Assembly: GCA_021613535.1 (NCBI GenBank)
Contig: CP075496.1
Span: forward strand, 13,826,001 to 13,890,000
Source of the DNA: Adineta vaga
Taxonomy: Eukaryota; Animalia; Rotifera
Reading direction: 5' to 3'
Length of the DNA: 64,000 bases
Part shown: positions 53,437 to 64,000 of the stretch, in pieces
Layout of the letters: each line of letters opens with the position of its first letter
Position numbering within the stretch: the stretch's first letter is position 1
Program-made: the position numbers and the translations under genes
The notes under the pieces: model-generated
Told to the model about the DNA's origin: nothing
The model's input: the letters and a program-made list of their open reading frames with translations, nothing else
Database searches by the model: none

Positions 53437-55816
53437 ACGTTTTGTATTCTTAACTTATTTCAATTGGATGCAGATGAAATCTTTTATCATATTTGTTTTT
53501 CAATTGTAAATAAATTTACTTTGTATATAAGATAAAGTGAATATTTATAGTTTATTGGACTTTTTGATGAATGATCTATGATATGTTTCATGACTTTCTG
53601 TCGTTTATCAATTGGATACTATAGGCCTTTGATATATGATGTACCAATTGTCATATATTGTTCAAGAAATTATGTATATCGTTCCGATGTATCTTGTGAT
53701 ATCCATGGTTTTATACTACCAAGATTAATTGAAATAGATCCATCACATAAAAATGTTTTTCACTCGTAATCATTACTTCCTACTCAGATACGAAATAGAT
53801 GACGATGTCGACGTGAAAAACGAATAATTTTGCCACATATGCTGCATAGAGTCCATCGAAAAGTGCCATGTTTGTCTGAAATGAATAACATGATGGATGA
53901 ATTCAATACGATGGACAAGGATATTAATTATATTAAAGATCAAAAATAAATATCGATTTCTTTATTCTCTTATTTGGTGGATATAAAAGCAATATTTCAG
54001 AAAGAACATCTATTGATTTTGTTACATATTTCTCTTTCAAATTATTTTAATTATATTATTTACTGGATTCAATAGTTTTGTTCTCTAAACCTTTAGTAGA
54101 GATGAATTCTTCACTGGAAAACACAACTCACATAACATCTTAGAAATAAATGAACTGTCTAAAAATCTCACCCTAGTTCTGGACTTGTATTTATTGGAAA
54201 TTCCGAAATGTATTGGATACTTTGATGATGGGTCTAATGAATATACTTCAATTTATATTATTGGCATATTGAACGAGTACTATGTCTATAGAGTATATAA
54301 AACATGTGCAAATCGTAAGCAATTGAATTGAAAATAATTTTATCGATAAACATAAGTTATTTATTAGATGCTGGAGGCTTAACAATTGGCACCGTGTGTA
54401 TTCATGATCCACTAATATTTTCAGCGGTAAAATTGGAATCCTGTGCTTCAGCTCAAGTAGACGTAACACTACATGATAATGTTTGTCGAAAACTTCTAGA
54501 AAAATCATACGTAGGCGCTTGGCAACTGTTTCATGTCTCTTTTCGGTTTTCACTCAACTTTTAAAAAAGGGCTGTTTTATGTGTTTGTTTTCATTTTCTC
54601 GTATTTTTCTTTTGGAACTACACTATATCGTTATGTTCATCATTGTGATTTTCTTTATTGTTAACTCTGATATAAGTTTTATCATATATTCGTAGATAGT
54701 GTCTAAAGAAACGTTGTGTTATTTTCGCAATTTCTAAACTGATTCAAATATATTACTATAGTAATTATAATTTGTCAGTTTTCTTCTCTTAAATATTCCG
54801 CACACATATAGGGCGCGAGAAATGAACACCAACTGCTAAATCGCTTTTGAATTCATATTTTGTACATAAGTAGACCTTTGAATCTATAGTAAAAACTTGA
54901 AAGTTGTTATTGTTTGGGAGTTTTTCATACCTCATCGAGATCTATTTATGATCAATAGATGAGCTCTAAACTTCATGTACGTCGTCAGCAATAAACTATA
55001 TTTTGACTAAGAATTTTCTGGAACTGTAGCTTTAAGCATATAAGAGATTGTTCGTTTCTCCTGAGAGATACTATGTGGCCTTTGTTATAACTGATCATTA
55101 ATATATATTTTTTTTACTCTTTTGTGATGATAGTTATAAGACAGAAGGTTTACCTAAAGCAAACTTCTTCTTTGAGATAAAACTTATTTCTAATCTTATA
55201 TCGTAACTATGAATTTCCATTGTCATCAAAATTATCGCAAATATGACTTTAGTTATATGTCTATTATTTAAAAATCTTGAGTGCGAATCAAGCTACCATG
55301 ATCGCTATTTCGTCTATGTTTAAGTAACTCATCAGATGGTGTATATATCTTTATTTGATCGTAATTATTCCAGAAACAGTTAAGTTAAAATAAAATCAAG
55401 TTTGATAGCTAAATTTTATTTAAATTTGTTGAGTAGTAGGAACGGAATTGAGCTTATACAGAAGAACTGGTAATTTTGGTATATGATATAAATTTCGCAT
55501 ATGAATAAATGGAGTCGATATGATTGAGTAAGTACTCTTACAGACACACAACTCAACAAAAACTGCTAGTTAAATGAATACTCAATCTATATCTTGTGGT
55601 TAATGATCCGAGGGAACCTTTCGAAAATGTTACCATAATACTATTGAACTTGAGAGAACAAATATCTTATGTTTTGTCAATGTTATTATACTCAACTCAA
55701 TAATAATTCCATCTAAACACATTGCTATAACTAATAAATTCGACCTTGCTTCATCAAACGAAGAACGAAGAAAAGGAAAGAAATGAGTTACGCACCCTAT
55801 CGACATTTCACATAGA

Positions 55817-55876
55817 AAAGAAAGAAAGAAAGAAAGAAAAAAATAAAGAAGAGAACGAGTAGTAGTAGTAGTAGTA
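55817..55876. repeat. Short (GAAA)n and (AGT)n microsatellites
   Basis: aaagaaagaaagaa... followed by agtagtagtagtagtagt. Confidence 0.7.
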
Positions 55877-55935
55877 TTCAGCTATTGAGAGAAATTTATC
55901 GTTCTGTTCTTTATATTGTTCTGTCAGAGCTCACC

Positions 55936-55944
55936 AAAAAAAAA
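55936..55944 (-). terminator. Pol III oligo-T terminator of the tRNA gene
   Basis: T9 run on the minus strand 3 nt downstream of the tRNA 3' end. Confidence 0.8.
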
Positions 55945-55947
55945 GCT

Positions 55948-56027
55948 TGACAGTAGTGGGATTCGAACCCACGCCACAAGTGACCAGTACCTGAAACTGG
56001 CGCCTTAGACCGCTCGGCCATACTGTC
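55948..56027 (-). tRNA. tRNA-Leu(CAG)
   Basis: Minus strand reads GACAGTATGGCCGAGCGGTCTAAGGCGCCAGTTTCAGGTACTGGTCACTTGTGGCGTGGGTTCGAATCCCACTACTGTCA: acceptor stem GACAGTA/TACTGTC, anticodon stem CCAGT/ACTGG with loop TT-CAG-GT, long variable arm, T-loop GTTCGAATC. Confidence 0.96.
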
Positions 56028-57148
56028 TCTATGGCTCAATTGAAATATACGACTACTAAACAATCATCATTTCCTTACAATAATACTCATTGCATTCCAT
56101 TGATCTTTTACTCTTCAATTTCACATATGTCAAGAATGTTTGCAAAACAAACTATCGGTGCATTTTTCGAAAAGCTGTAGAAAGAATAATTTACAATTCT
56201 TTTTCTTTTGTATTGAATTATATCATGTGATATAAAAATCTTTAAGTTCAAATGGTGACTTTTAACCTGTAAAAGATCATTTTATTGAAGAAAAGCAATG
56301 CATATGGTTAAAATTAGAATGTACCCCGATATGGTTCGAGAAAAATCGATTAGAATATATGTCGACAGATGTGTTTTATAAATGTAAATTGATTATAAAG
56401 AAACTATACATATTTATGATTTTATGATGATCAAGACTAGAAATAGGATTAAACGATTCATATGTCGAGAAAACGAATTTTTTCATTGTAAATAATCTCA
56501 TTACACAAACTATTGTTTTTTTTCTACATGTGTATTATTGCTTTTGGTTCTCACATTAGTCTTATCATGCGAGGTACACATTTGAGTATGGAAAGTCAGT
56601 AGGTGGAGAAAAGGGTAAATATTTTCGTAAATGACAGAAGTATCGTACTAATAACAAAAAACAATAAACAGAAAAACAATGTCAAAATCGTTCGTTTTTC
56701 AGAAATCACCAATCCTAATTTGATTAATCGATTTAGTAGTCACGTTTTGCTTATTCAATCTCATCCTTTGACTTGATGATGTAACATCATTCTGCATCAA
56801 ATAAAAACCTTGACATAACCCAACGAAAAGAATGAATCAGTCATTTATAAGAACAGACCAAGGACAAGAATACACATCTTCGTTCTTGAGCATAATATAT
56901 ATATATATATATTATACAGTACTACTCGTCTATGCTCTTTCTTCTACATATATCTATCACGCATTGACAGTATGGTAAATAAAATATGTGCTTATTCTCA
57001 GCTGATAGTAACTAATATTCTTACTTTTATGATCAAAGAACAGAGAAAAAAGAGAGAACAAACATATGACTCTATATATATATAAAAATGTACTAACAAA
57101 AAACCCTTGAATATTCATTTATCACTTGTTTTGTAATCATTATATGGG

Positions 57149-59476
57149 ATGCAGTTTGATGAATTCTATGAAACTATTAATGTATTTGGTCGATATCAAA
57201 AGATCAAATATTTTCTATTATGTTTTACAAATATGCTTCCACCAGTAATGGTTTATGCGTGGACATTCATAGCAGCAACACCTTCATTTCATTGTAAAAC
57301 ACCATTAGATGATTTAACTTCTATGAATCTTCCAAATCAATTATTGAATACATATATTCCATCAACTGAACAATGTCGTCAATATCAAAAGGGTATTTCT
57401 TTGAAAGAATGTCAACGATGTTTTCAAATAGATAATATGAATACAAGTAATAATGTAATGAATACTTTAATGCCATGTCGAAGTTTTGTTTTTGATCGAA
57501 CATATTATCAAACAACACTTGTTGAAGACGTAAGTTATCGATTTATATATGAAAAACAAAGAAAATGAGTTTGATTATGTTTTATCAAAGTGGTCTATGG
57601 TTTGTGATCGTGTATCATTGAAAAGTACAGTTCAAATCGTATTCTTTTTTGGTTATATGGTTGGTTCACTTCTATTTGGAATACTTTCTGATAAGTAAAT
57701 TGATCAACTTCTTTTTTTTTCATACTTTTTTGAACGAATACTTTTGTAAAGATATGGACGACGACCGATTATGGGCATATCATTTGTCTTGATGTTTATT
57801 GCGGGTGTTATATGTGCATTAGCACCGCAGGATCTAATGGGAGCTCAAACAAGTTATCCTTCGTTAGCATTTGGACGATTTTTACTTGCTTGTGCTACGC
57901 GTGGTATTGCAATCACTGGTTTTGTTATTGGTTCGTTATATTTTCGATAGATTTTTCTTTTAATTTATTTGATATTTTAGGTTCGGAGCTCGGTATGTTG
58001 ATTGTTGTGTATTTTTAGGAATGTGAATTACGTTTGTTAATTAGGTGGTCCACAACAACGTCTATTATCTGGTATTGTTATAAAATATTTCTTTGCATTT
58101 GGTCAATTGTTACTTTTAACTCTTGCATTAACTATTCGAACATGGCGAACATTAAATGCTGTACTTGCAATTGTTCCTGTTCCATTTATATTCTTTTATT
58201 TGTTTGTTTTATTTTATAAAAAGTATATTTTTTGATGGAATGACGTCTGTTTAGTATTTTACCGGAAAGCCCTCGTTGGTTGATTTCGAAACAACGGTAT
58301 GCTGAAGCAGAACTACTTTTTCATCGAATTGCAGAGCAGAATGAAACACGTTTTGATCCAATTGTTTATCAAAAATTCGTAAATGAAGATAAAAAGGTAG
58401 ATCTTGTTTATTTCCAGAAAATTATTCGGTGTTTGTTTTTTATATTAGAGAGTCGCAGCAAGACGAAATGAAACTCATGGATTTAAAGCAATATTTCGTT
58501 CGAAAGTAATGACGATCATTGCTTTAAATATGTCATATCAATGGTAATCGAAATAAATATCGATTTATTATGAAAATCTCAATGTTTTCTCATTTAGGTT
58601 TGTACAAAATCTTGTTTTTTATGGTATTTCACAAAACACTGGTAATAAATTCAATAAAATCTCTTGATATTTTCATTTGTTTGATCATCGAAGGTGCATG
58701 GTTGAAAAATCCATATGTTTCCTTTGGAATAAGTGCTCTGGTTGAAATCGCTGCATATTTCGTTGTTCATTTAGTTCTCGATCGATGGGGTCGTAAATTA
58801 CCCTATTGTTTATTCGTTATCACACTTGCATTTGTTACTTTATTGGTCATTCCAATTCAAACATTTCTACCCAAAGATAGCCAAAGTATTGTCTAAATTA
58901 TAAAATTAAAAATTATTGATTGAATTCTTCAATTCTAGATCAATATATTTTGATGTTTATGGTGAATATTGCATTGAAATTTCTTGCATCAGGTTCTTAT
59001 GTAATTATATATATCTATGCAAATGAAACATTCCCAACACAAGGTCGAAATACTGGTATGGGTGTTTGTTCGATGATTGCACGTCTTGGCGCCATCATTG
59101 GAACATTTTCGAATGATCATTTAGTATGTCGTCAATTGAATAATTTTATTTCATATTCAGTGATCAATTTTTAGACACGAGTATGGCAACATTCTCCCAT
59201 GGTTGTTTATGGAATTACATCGGTATTTGCAATGATTCTTGCAATGAGTTTTCCTGAAACATTAAATAAACCATTACCACAAACAATAGAAGATGTTGAA
59301 CAAATGGGACTTGCTTGGTAAGTAATCCGATTTCGAAATGATAATGATTAGCTCTATTTTATTCTAGTTCAATTAGTGGATCGACTAAGAAACGTCGTGG
59401 ATTAATTAAAAGTATTCATGAAATTCACGATGATATGTCATCAAAGAAATATTTGAAAGAAGACGTCGATTTTTGA
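57149..59476 (+). CDS. SLC22 family organic cation/anion transporter (MFS), multi-exon
   Basis: FGRYQ N-terminus, Cys-rich loop ending 'TLVEDWSMVCDR', 'LSDKYGRR', 'LPESPRWL', 'LDRWGRK', 'ETFPTQGRNTGMG', 'FPETLNKPLP', stop TGA at 59474-59476. Confidence 0.93.
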
Positions 59477-60215
59477 TATTTTAAAAAATATTTTTTTGTA
59501 AATTATGAGTAAAATTTAATAAATTAGTTTGTACAAACTTTCATTTTGATTTATTCTTATTGAAAATCTTTGTCAAAAGAAATCAGTAATATTTTCGATT
59601 CGTGATAACTTGCAAAATTTGTTTTTTGTTTTTTCATAAGAAAGAATGGTCTTAAATTGCCTGTATTTATTTACGATCAGATGGATTGTATATCACACAA
59701 AGCGTATTTTTTCTCCGAAAATATAGTCTATTATACGAATACGATGTACTCAACATTGGTAAATCCCAAGATATTTGAGAGATGTTTTTTTTTAAAGTAA
59801 GTTATTTGGTATGTATGTTTACAAGGAAAAGAGCACTTCTGAATACTGCGACTTAGTTCTACCTGTAGAAACGAAAATCTTTGCTTGCAAAGTTGGAAAT
59901 AATCATTGATTTTTATTTAAGTTGGAATTTTGGGATCAAAATAACAGGTGGATTTTTTTTTTCCATTTCTCAGAAATCAATAAATATCAGGTATAAATAG
60001 TAGCTGTGTATCTTACATATTCCAACTTAATTTAAATCTGTATGATAGTGATAGAAGATTATGAGACCATTTTTAGTGATAGGAACTTATTCGAGGGAGT
60101 AAGTAAAGGAAGAGATGTCGGATGAAAGAGAAGATATATTTGAAGAATTTATTTCATTTGTTGTTATATTCAAATTTATTTTAGAAAAATAAAAAAGAAA
60201 TTCGTATCATTTAAA

Positions 60216-60503
60216 ATGAGCGTAAGTTTTCTAATCCTTTTCTCAAATAATCTGTTGACCTCTGTTTTCTAGGGTTCAAATGATGATGAATGGAAGCTCA
60301 GTACCGAAGCACAGGATAAAACAAAAATAGGTACAGAATCCAAGCGATCGGTAAGAATGTAACATGATATATTATATTCTATAGAATTTCATGTAACTCA
60401 TTAGAAAAACGTTTCTCAACATCGATCAATGTTCAATATTATTCAAAAAGCGATGAAACTACAAAATATCATTGACAATCATTTTGACCGCTGTGTTACT
60501 TGA
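60216..60503 (+). CDS. Candidate three-exon 60-aa microprotein
   Basis: Exons 60216-60221, 60273-60350 and 60405-60503 with gtaagt/gtaaga donors and 51- and 54-nt introns, in frame: MSGSNDDEWKLSTEAQDKTKIGTESKRSKNVSQHRSMFNIIQKAMKLQNIIDNHFDRCVT*. Confidence 0.5.
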
Positions 60504-61232
60504 ATGAACCATTGTAAAAATCTGTTCTATCGAATGTCCTAATGACAAACAAGATTTAATCTATTCGACTTTTTCTTTTCATTTGCTTTTAGTTTGTTTC
60601 ATATTAAAAAACCATATTTATTACTTGTAAATAGTTCAATAAAAAAATTCTCTCAGAATAAAACCTAAAAAACATACCTTCAAAGAAAACCATTTCATCG
60701 AATCTCATAACTCGAACACGAGTAGATCCTTTTTCTTTATATATTACATTCAATCCAAGCCAAAAACCGGTTTTCTCATTTTATCGATACCAGTATACCA
60801 ATCGTTCTTTTTTTTCTTCTTATATTTCTTCTTTCAAATAAATATTCACGTATAACTCAATCAAGTCGAAATAATCTAAATATTCTTGACTGGTTTCTTT
60901 CCAAGTCGCGAAAACATATTTATACAAAATGCAAAGAACGGATTAACAGGTCTATAGAACTACGATATAAGCAAATAGAAATCGAACAATTGTTTGATAT
61001 TCATCAAGACTTTGACAATATAAAGAAAGAATTGATATTTAAATAAATTATCGATTTGTTTTCATTTCCTACTTTGGAATAGACCTTCAATGAAAACAAA
61101 TGACGCACGCTTTAAAATGAAAATTAATAATTCAGTCAATTGATTAACATATAGTATTACAATCTGTGACCGATCTTCTTCTTTTCTCTCTTTCATTTTG
61201 TTCCATTCATTAAGATAGAACAAAAGTACAAT

Positions 61233-61502
61233 ATGATCGTTTTTCTCCTACTTTTCTCCGCTGTTCTAATTAGCGATTTATCGTCAATTCAAATTGAACA
61301 AACATTAAAACGCTTCAAAGTATTTCATTCATTCTTTCTCAATCAACAAGCATCATTCAAATTTTTACTTTTAAAGATCAATGAAAATTCTCCGAATGGT
61401 ACTCTCGTTGGTATTATTCGAACATATTCATCGAATCATCAGATGATTGTCATTGATAATGCAAATGGTCGTTTTCATATCAATAGCAAAGGTGAAATTC
61501 TT
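61233..61502 (+). CDS. 5' exons of a secreted/membrane cadherin-domain protein (continuation not found in window)
   Basis: Signal peptide MIVFLLLFSAVLISDLSS, a 57-nt intron at 61320-61376, then the cadherin-like 'INENSPNGTLVG...GRFHINSKGEIL' and donor gtaagt at 61503. Confidence 0.65.
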
Positions 61503-61543
61503 GTAAGTAAAGTTTTATTTTCGTAAACTAAATCTTCTAAAAC

Positions 61544-61544
61544 C

Positions 61545-61573
<29 letters not shown>
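61544..61573. repeat. (AAT)n microsatellite
   Basis: About 10 tandem taa/aat units. Confidence 0.85.
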
Positions 61574-61576
<3 letters not shown>

Positions 61577-61678
61577 TGGACGGAATATGTTTTATATATA
61601 TTTCTTCTCTTCATTTCTAAGTATCAAAAAGAAAAACAAAAAAAAACACATGAAATCGTCAATATCTCGACGTATTTT

Positions 61679-64000
61679 TTAACGTTTCACCGTATTGATC
61701 GAAAGCCATCGTCGCATATCTCGTCCGATTGTATCCATCCATCGTATATTTGCTTTGATTTTTTCAATAGATGAAAGAAAAGCACGTTCAGCTATCGAGA
61801 AATCTTTGGTATTTTTCATAAAATCTTCAATAATATTCAATTCTTTTTGTGTATTAACATTCTGAAGAACACTTTCAACAATATTTGATAAAGTAAAACT
61901 CATTCCGCCTAATTTTGAAACTAATTCCGACCAACGATGACTCATAAATTGCCACGTAAGATTTTGTCCACCTGGTTGTGAACTAATTCGACCAATAAAT
62001 GTTGACGAATCTTGTAAACGTATATAATCATTATTTAATGTTTCTTGTAATAATTCTTTGAGTAATGTTATATTTCTTGTACAAGTTAATGCCAGACCAA
62101 AACGATTCTTTTCTACCTGATCATTCATTTGTCTGTATTGTTTTTGAATATATTTATAATCATCAATGGTACCATTTTTAATTCCTTGACAATAAACTGT
62201 CGTACGATAATCTGGATTAATTGAATAACTTTTCGGATTTAAACGCCAATTTTGATATTGTAAAATTGCTTCGTTTGTACAAGGTTCGTAATCATTGGCA
62301 CAAAGATCACTAATAACAAGTGATCGTAATTGACGAGATAAATAATCCGATGTATTTTCTCCAATTGTCCAACCAAGAAGATGATAAACAGGTTCTTCAA
62401 CTGTACGAATATATTGTTGTAATTGTTTATATTCGTTACTATTTTCATTTTGTCCAAACATGATTATGGCATGTTGAATATTAGTTGAAAAAGCTGAAAA
62501 TGGAATAAAATTCAATTCTTGTGAAAGATATGTGCATAAACTTAATGGGATTGTAATATTTAAATCTCGTGAACGTGCTAAACTAAATGCATCATCGATT
62601 AATTGTGCACGTGAAACAACAGGAAATTGTGAATAATTCGATTTTAAACCAGAAATAATTAAATTCCAATTGTCATTATCATAATTAACACGATAGAAAC
62701 CAAATTCATTGATATTAAATATAATCCAATCAGAATTCGAGCCAATTTCATTTAGTTGATCTGTTCGATTCGGTGGTAACCATTGTATTGTTGATAATTT
62801 CGAATGAATTAGATAATCATATGGAATATACCATTGAAATTCTAAAGGTTTAAATGGATTGATATAATTCGAGATTTGGCTTTGATTATTAGGATCAAGA
62901 AGAAAACGTTTTTGATTCAATGTTAACGAATGATTTTGATAATTTCGTGTTACCATTAGAACAGGATAACCTTCTTGTAATGTCCATGTATCCATAATTT
63001 GTTTTATTGTATAACCAGCTAATCTTGTTGGATTAGTTACATTAGTTAAAAATGACCATAATTCATCTTGAACAGCATTACTATATTTAAAATGATCTAA
63101 ATAATTACTAATTCCATGAAAAAAGGTTGTTTCATTAAGAACTGTATAAATCATTCGAAGAATTGATCCACCTTTGTCATCTATTCGAATTATAGAAAAG
63201 AATTTTACTATAGAAAGAAAATTAAACTTAAATAATTACAAGATATTGTATCGAATATTGAATTGATTTCATCGGGATGTGTGACATCTACACTTATTGG
63301 ATGACTTGTATAAAGACTATCCATGACAAGAACACGTTGAACAGTTGCTAATCAGAGAAAAAGAAATGAAAATTTTTGAAAAACAAAAAAGATTTCCAAA
63401 TCATTTTACTTGTAACAAAAACACTCAATGCTTGAAATTCTGGACTGACATGATTAAGACCAAGAATTTCCACCCATGATGCAAAACCTTCATTTAACCT
63501 AAAAAAAAATCAACCTCAAAAATTCGCTTAAAACGTTCTTCCTCTTCTTCTTCTTCTTCTTCTTTGTCAATTACCAAATATCATTCCACCATTTTGGTGT
63601 AACTATATTTCCAAACCATTGATGTGCAACTTCATGTGAAACAACTTGACCAACACGAAGTTTATTTGCTAAATTTCCTGTTTCAGTATTATAAAGTAAT
63701 GCTGTTTCACGATAAGTAATCATTCCCCAATTTTCCATCGCTCCTAAAACTTAATATTTTGTTTCAACATTTTCAATTGTTCGTAACTTACCGGCGGAAA
63801 AGTCTGGTATTGCAAAATGATCACATTTACTCAATGGATAAGGTAAATTGTATGATTGTTCAAAATAATTAATAACATTTGTACCGACAAATAAAGCGAA
63901 ATCTCCTTCACCTTTACTCATCGCTTCTGGACGTCCGCAAACACTTACACGAATCTTATTAGCTGAAATATTAGATATACATTGAAAATCTGTTAGAACA
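61679..64000 (-). CDS. M1 family aminopeptidase N-like zinc metallopeptidase (5'-partial, multi-exon)
   Basis: [14 protein letters not shown] (spliced, ~63725-63812), [10 protein letters not shown] (H..H at 63622-63636), [17 protein letters not shown], then a C-terminal ERAP1_C-type region ([17 protein letters not shown]) ending at 61679. Confidence 0.95.

Noticed and set aside
54248-54695. Short ORFs on both strands, possibly a transposase remnant
   Set aside because: No convincing catalytic motif, terminal repeats or target-site duplication; unsupported without a homology search
56966-56975. 10-nt match (gacagtatgg) to the tRNA-Leu 5' end
   Set aside because: Too short and no further tRNA structure; compatible with chance

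Overview
AT-rich eukaryotic DNA with many short (~50-70 nt) GT-AG introns. Compact introns, codon usage, an FG-GAP/VCBS-repeat gene and a divergent intronless GPCR suggest a bdelloid rotifer or similar invertebrate (inference). Positions 1-46321 (+) hold the 3' part of one giant sarcomeric gene (roughly 13,000 aa in this window; 5' end upstream). It ends in the UNC-89/obscurin signature Ig-FN3-Ig-Ig-kinase-linker-Ig-FN3-kinase, with both kinases looking like pseudokinases. It also carries titin-like elastic segments: a ~1850-aa E/T-rich exon, a PEVK-like exon, repeated Ig doublets and 8 x 555-bp Ig super-repeats. Most of these sit in a block of 22 consecutive phase-0 introns, one of which carries clustered MBNL/Rbfox-type motifs. 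An intronless class-A-like GPCR is nested antisense in its largest intron. Downstream are a type II membrane-anchored protein with 35 FG-GAP/VCBS repeats (one frameshift), tRNA-Leu(CAG), an SLC22 transporter, a candidate 60-aa spliced microprotein, the start of a cadherin-domain gene and the 3' part of an M1 aminopeptidase N on the minus strand. Exon coordinates were read by eye.
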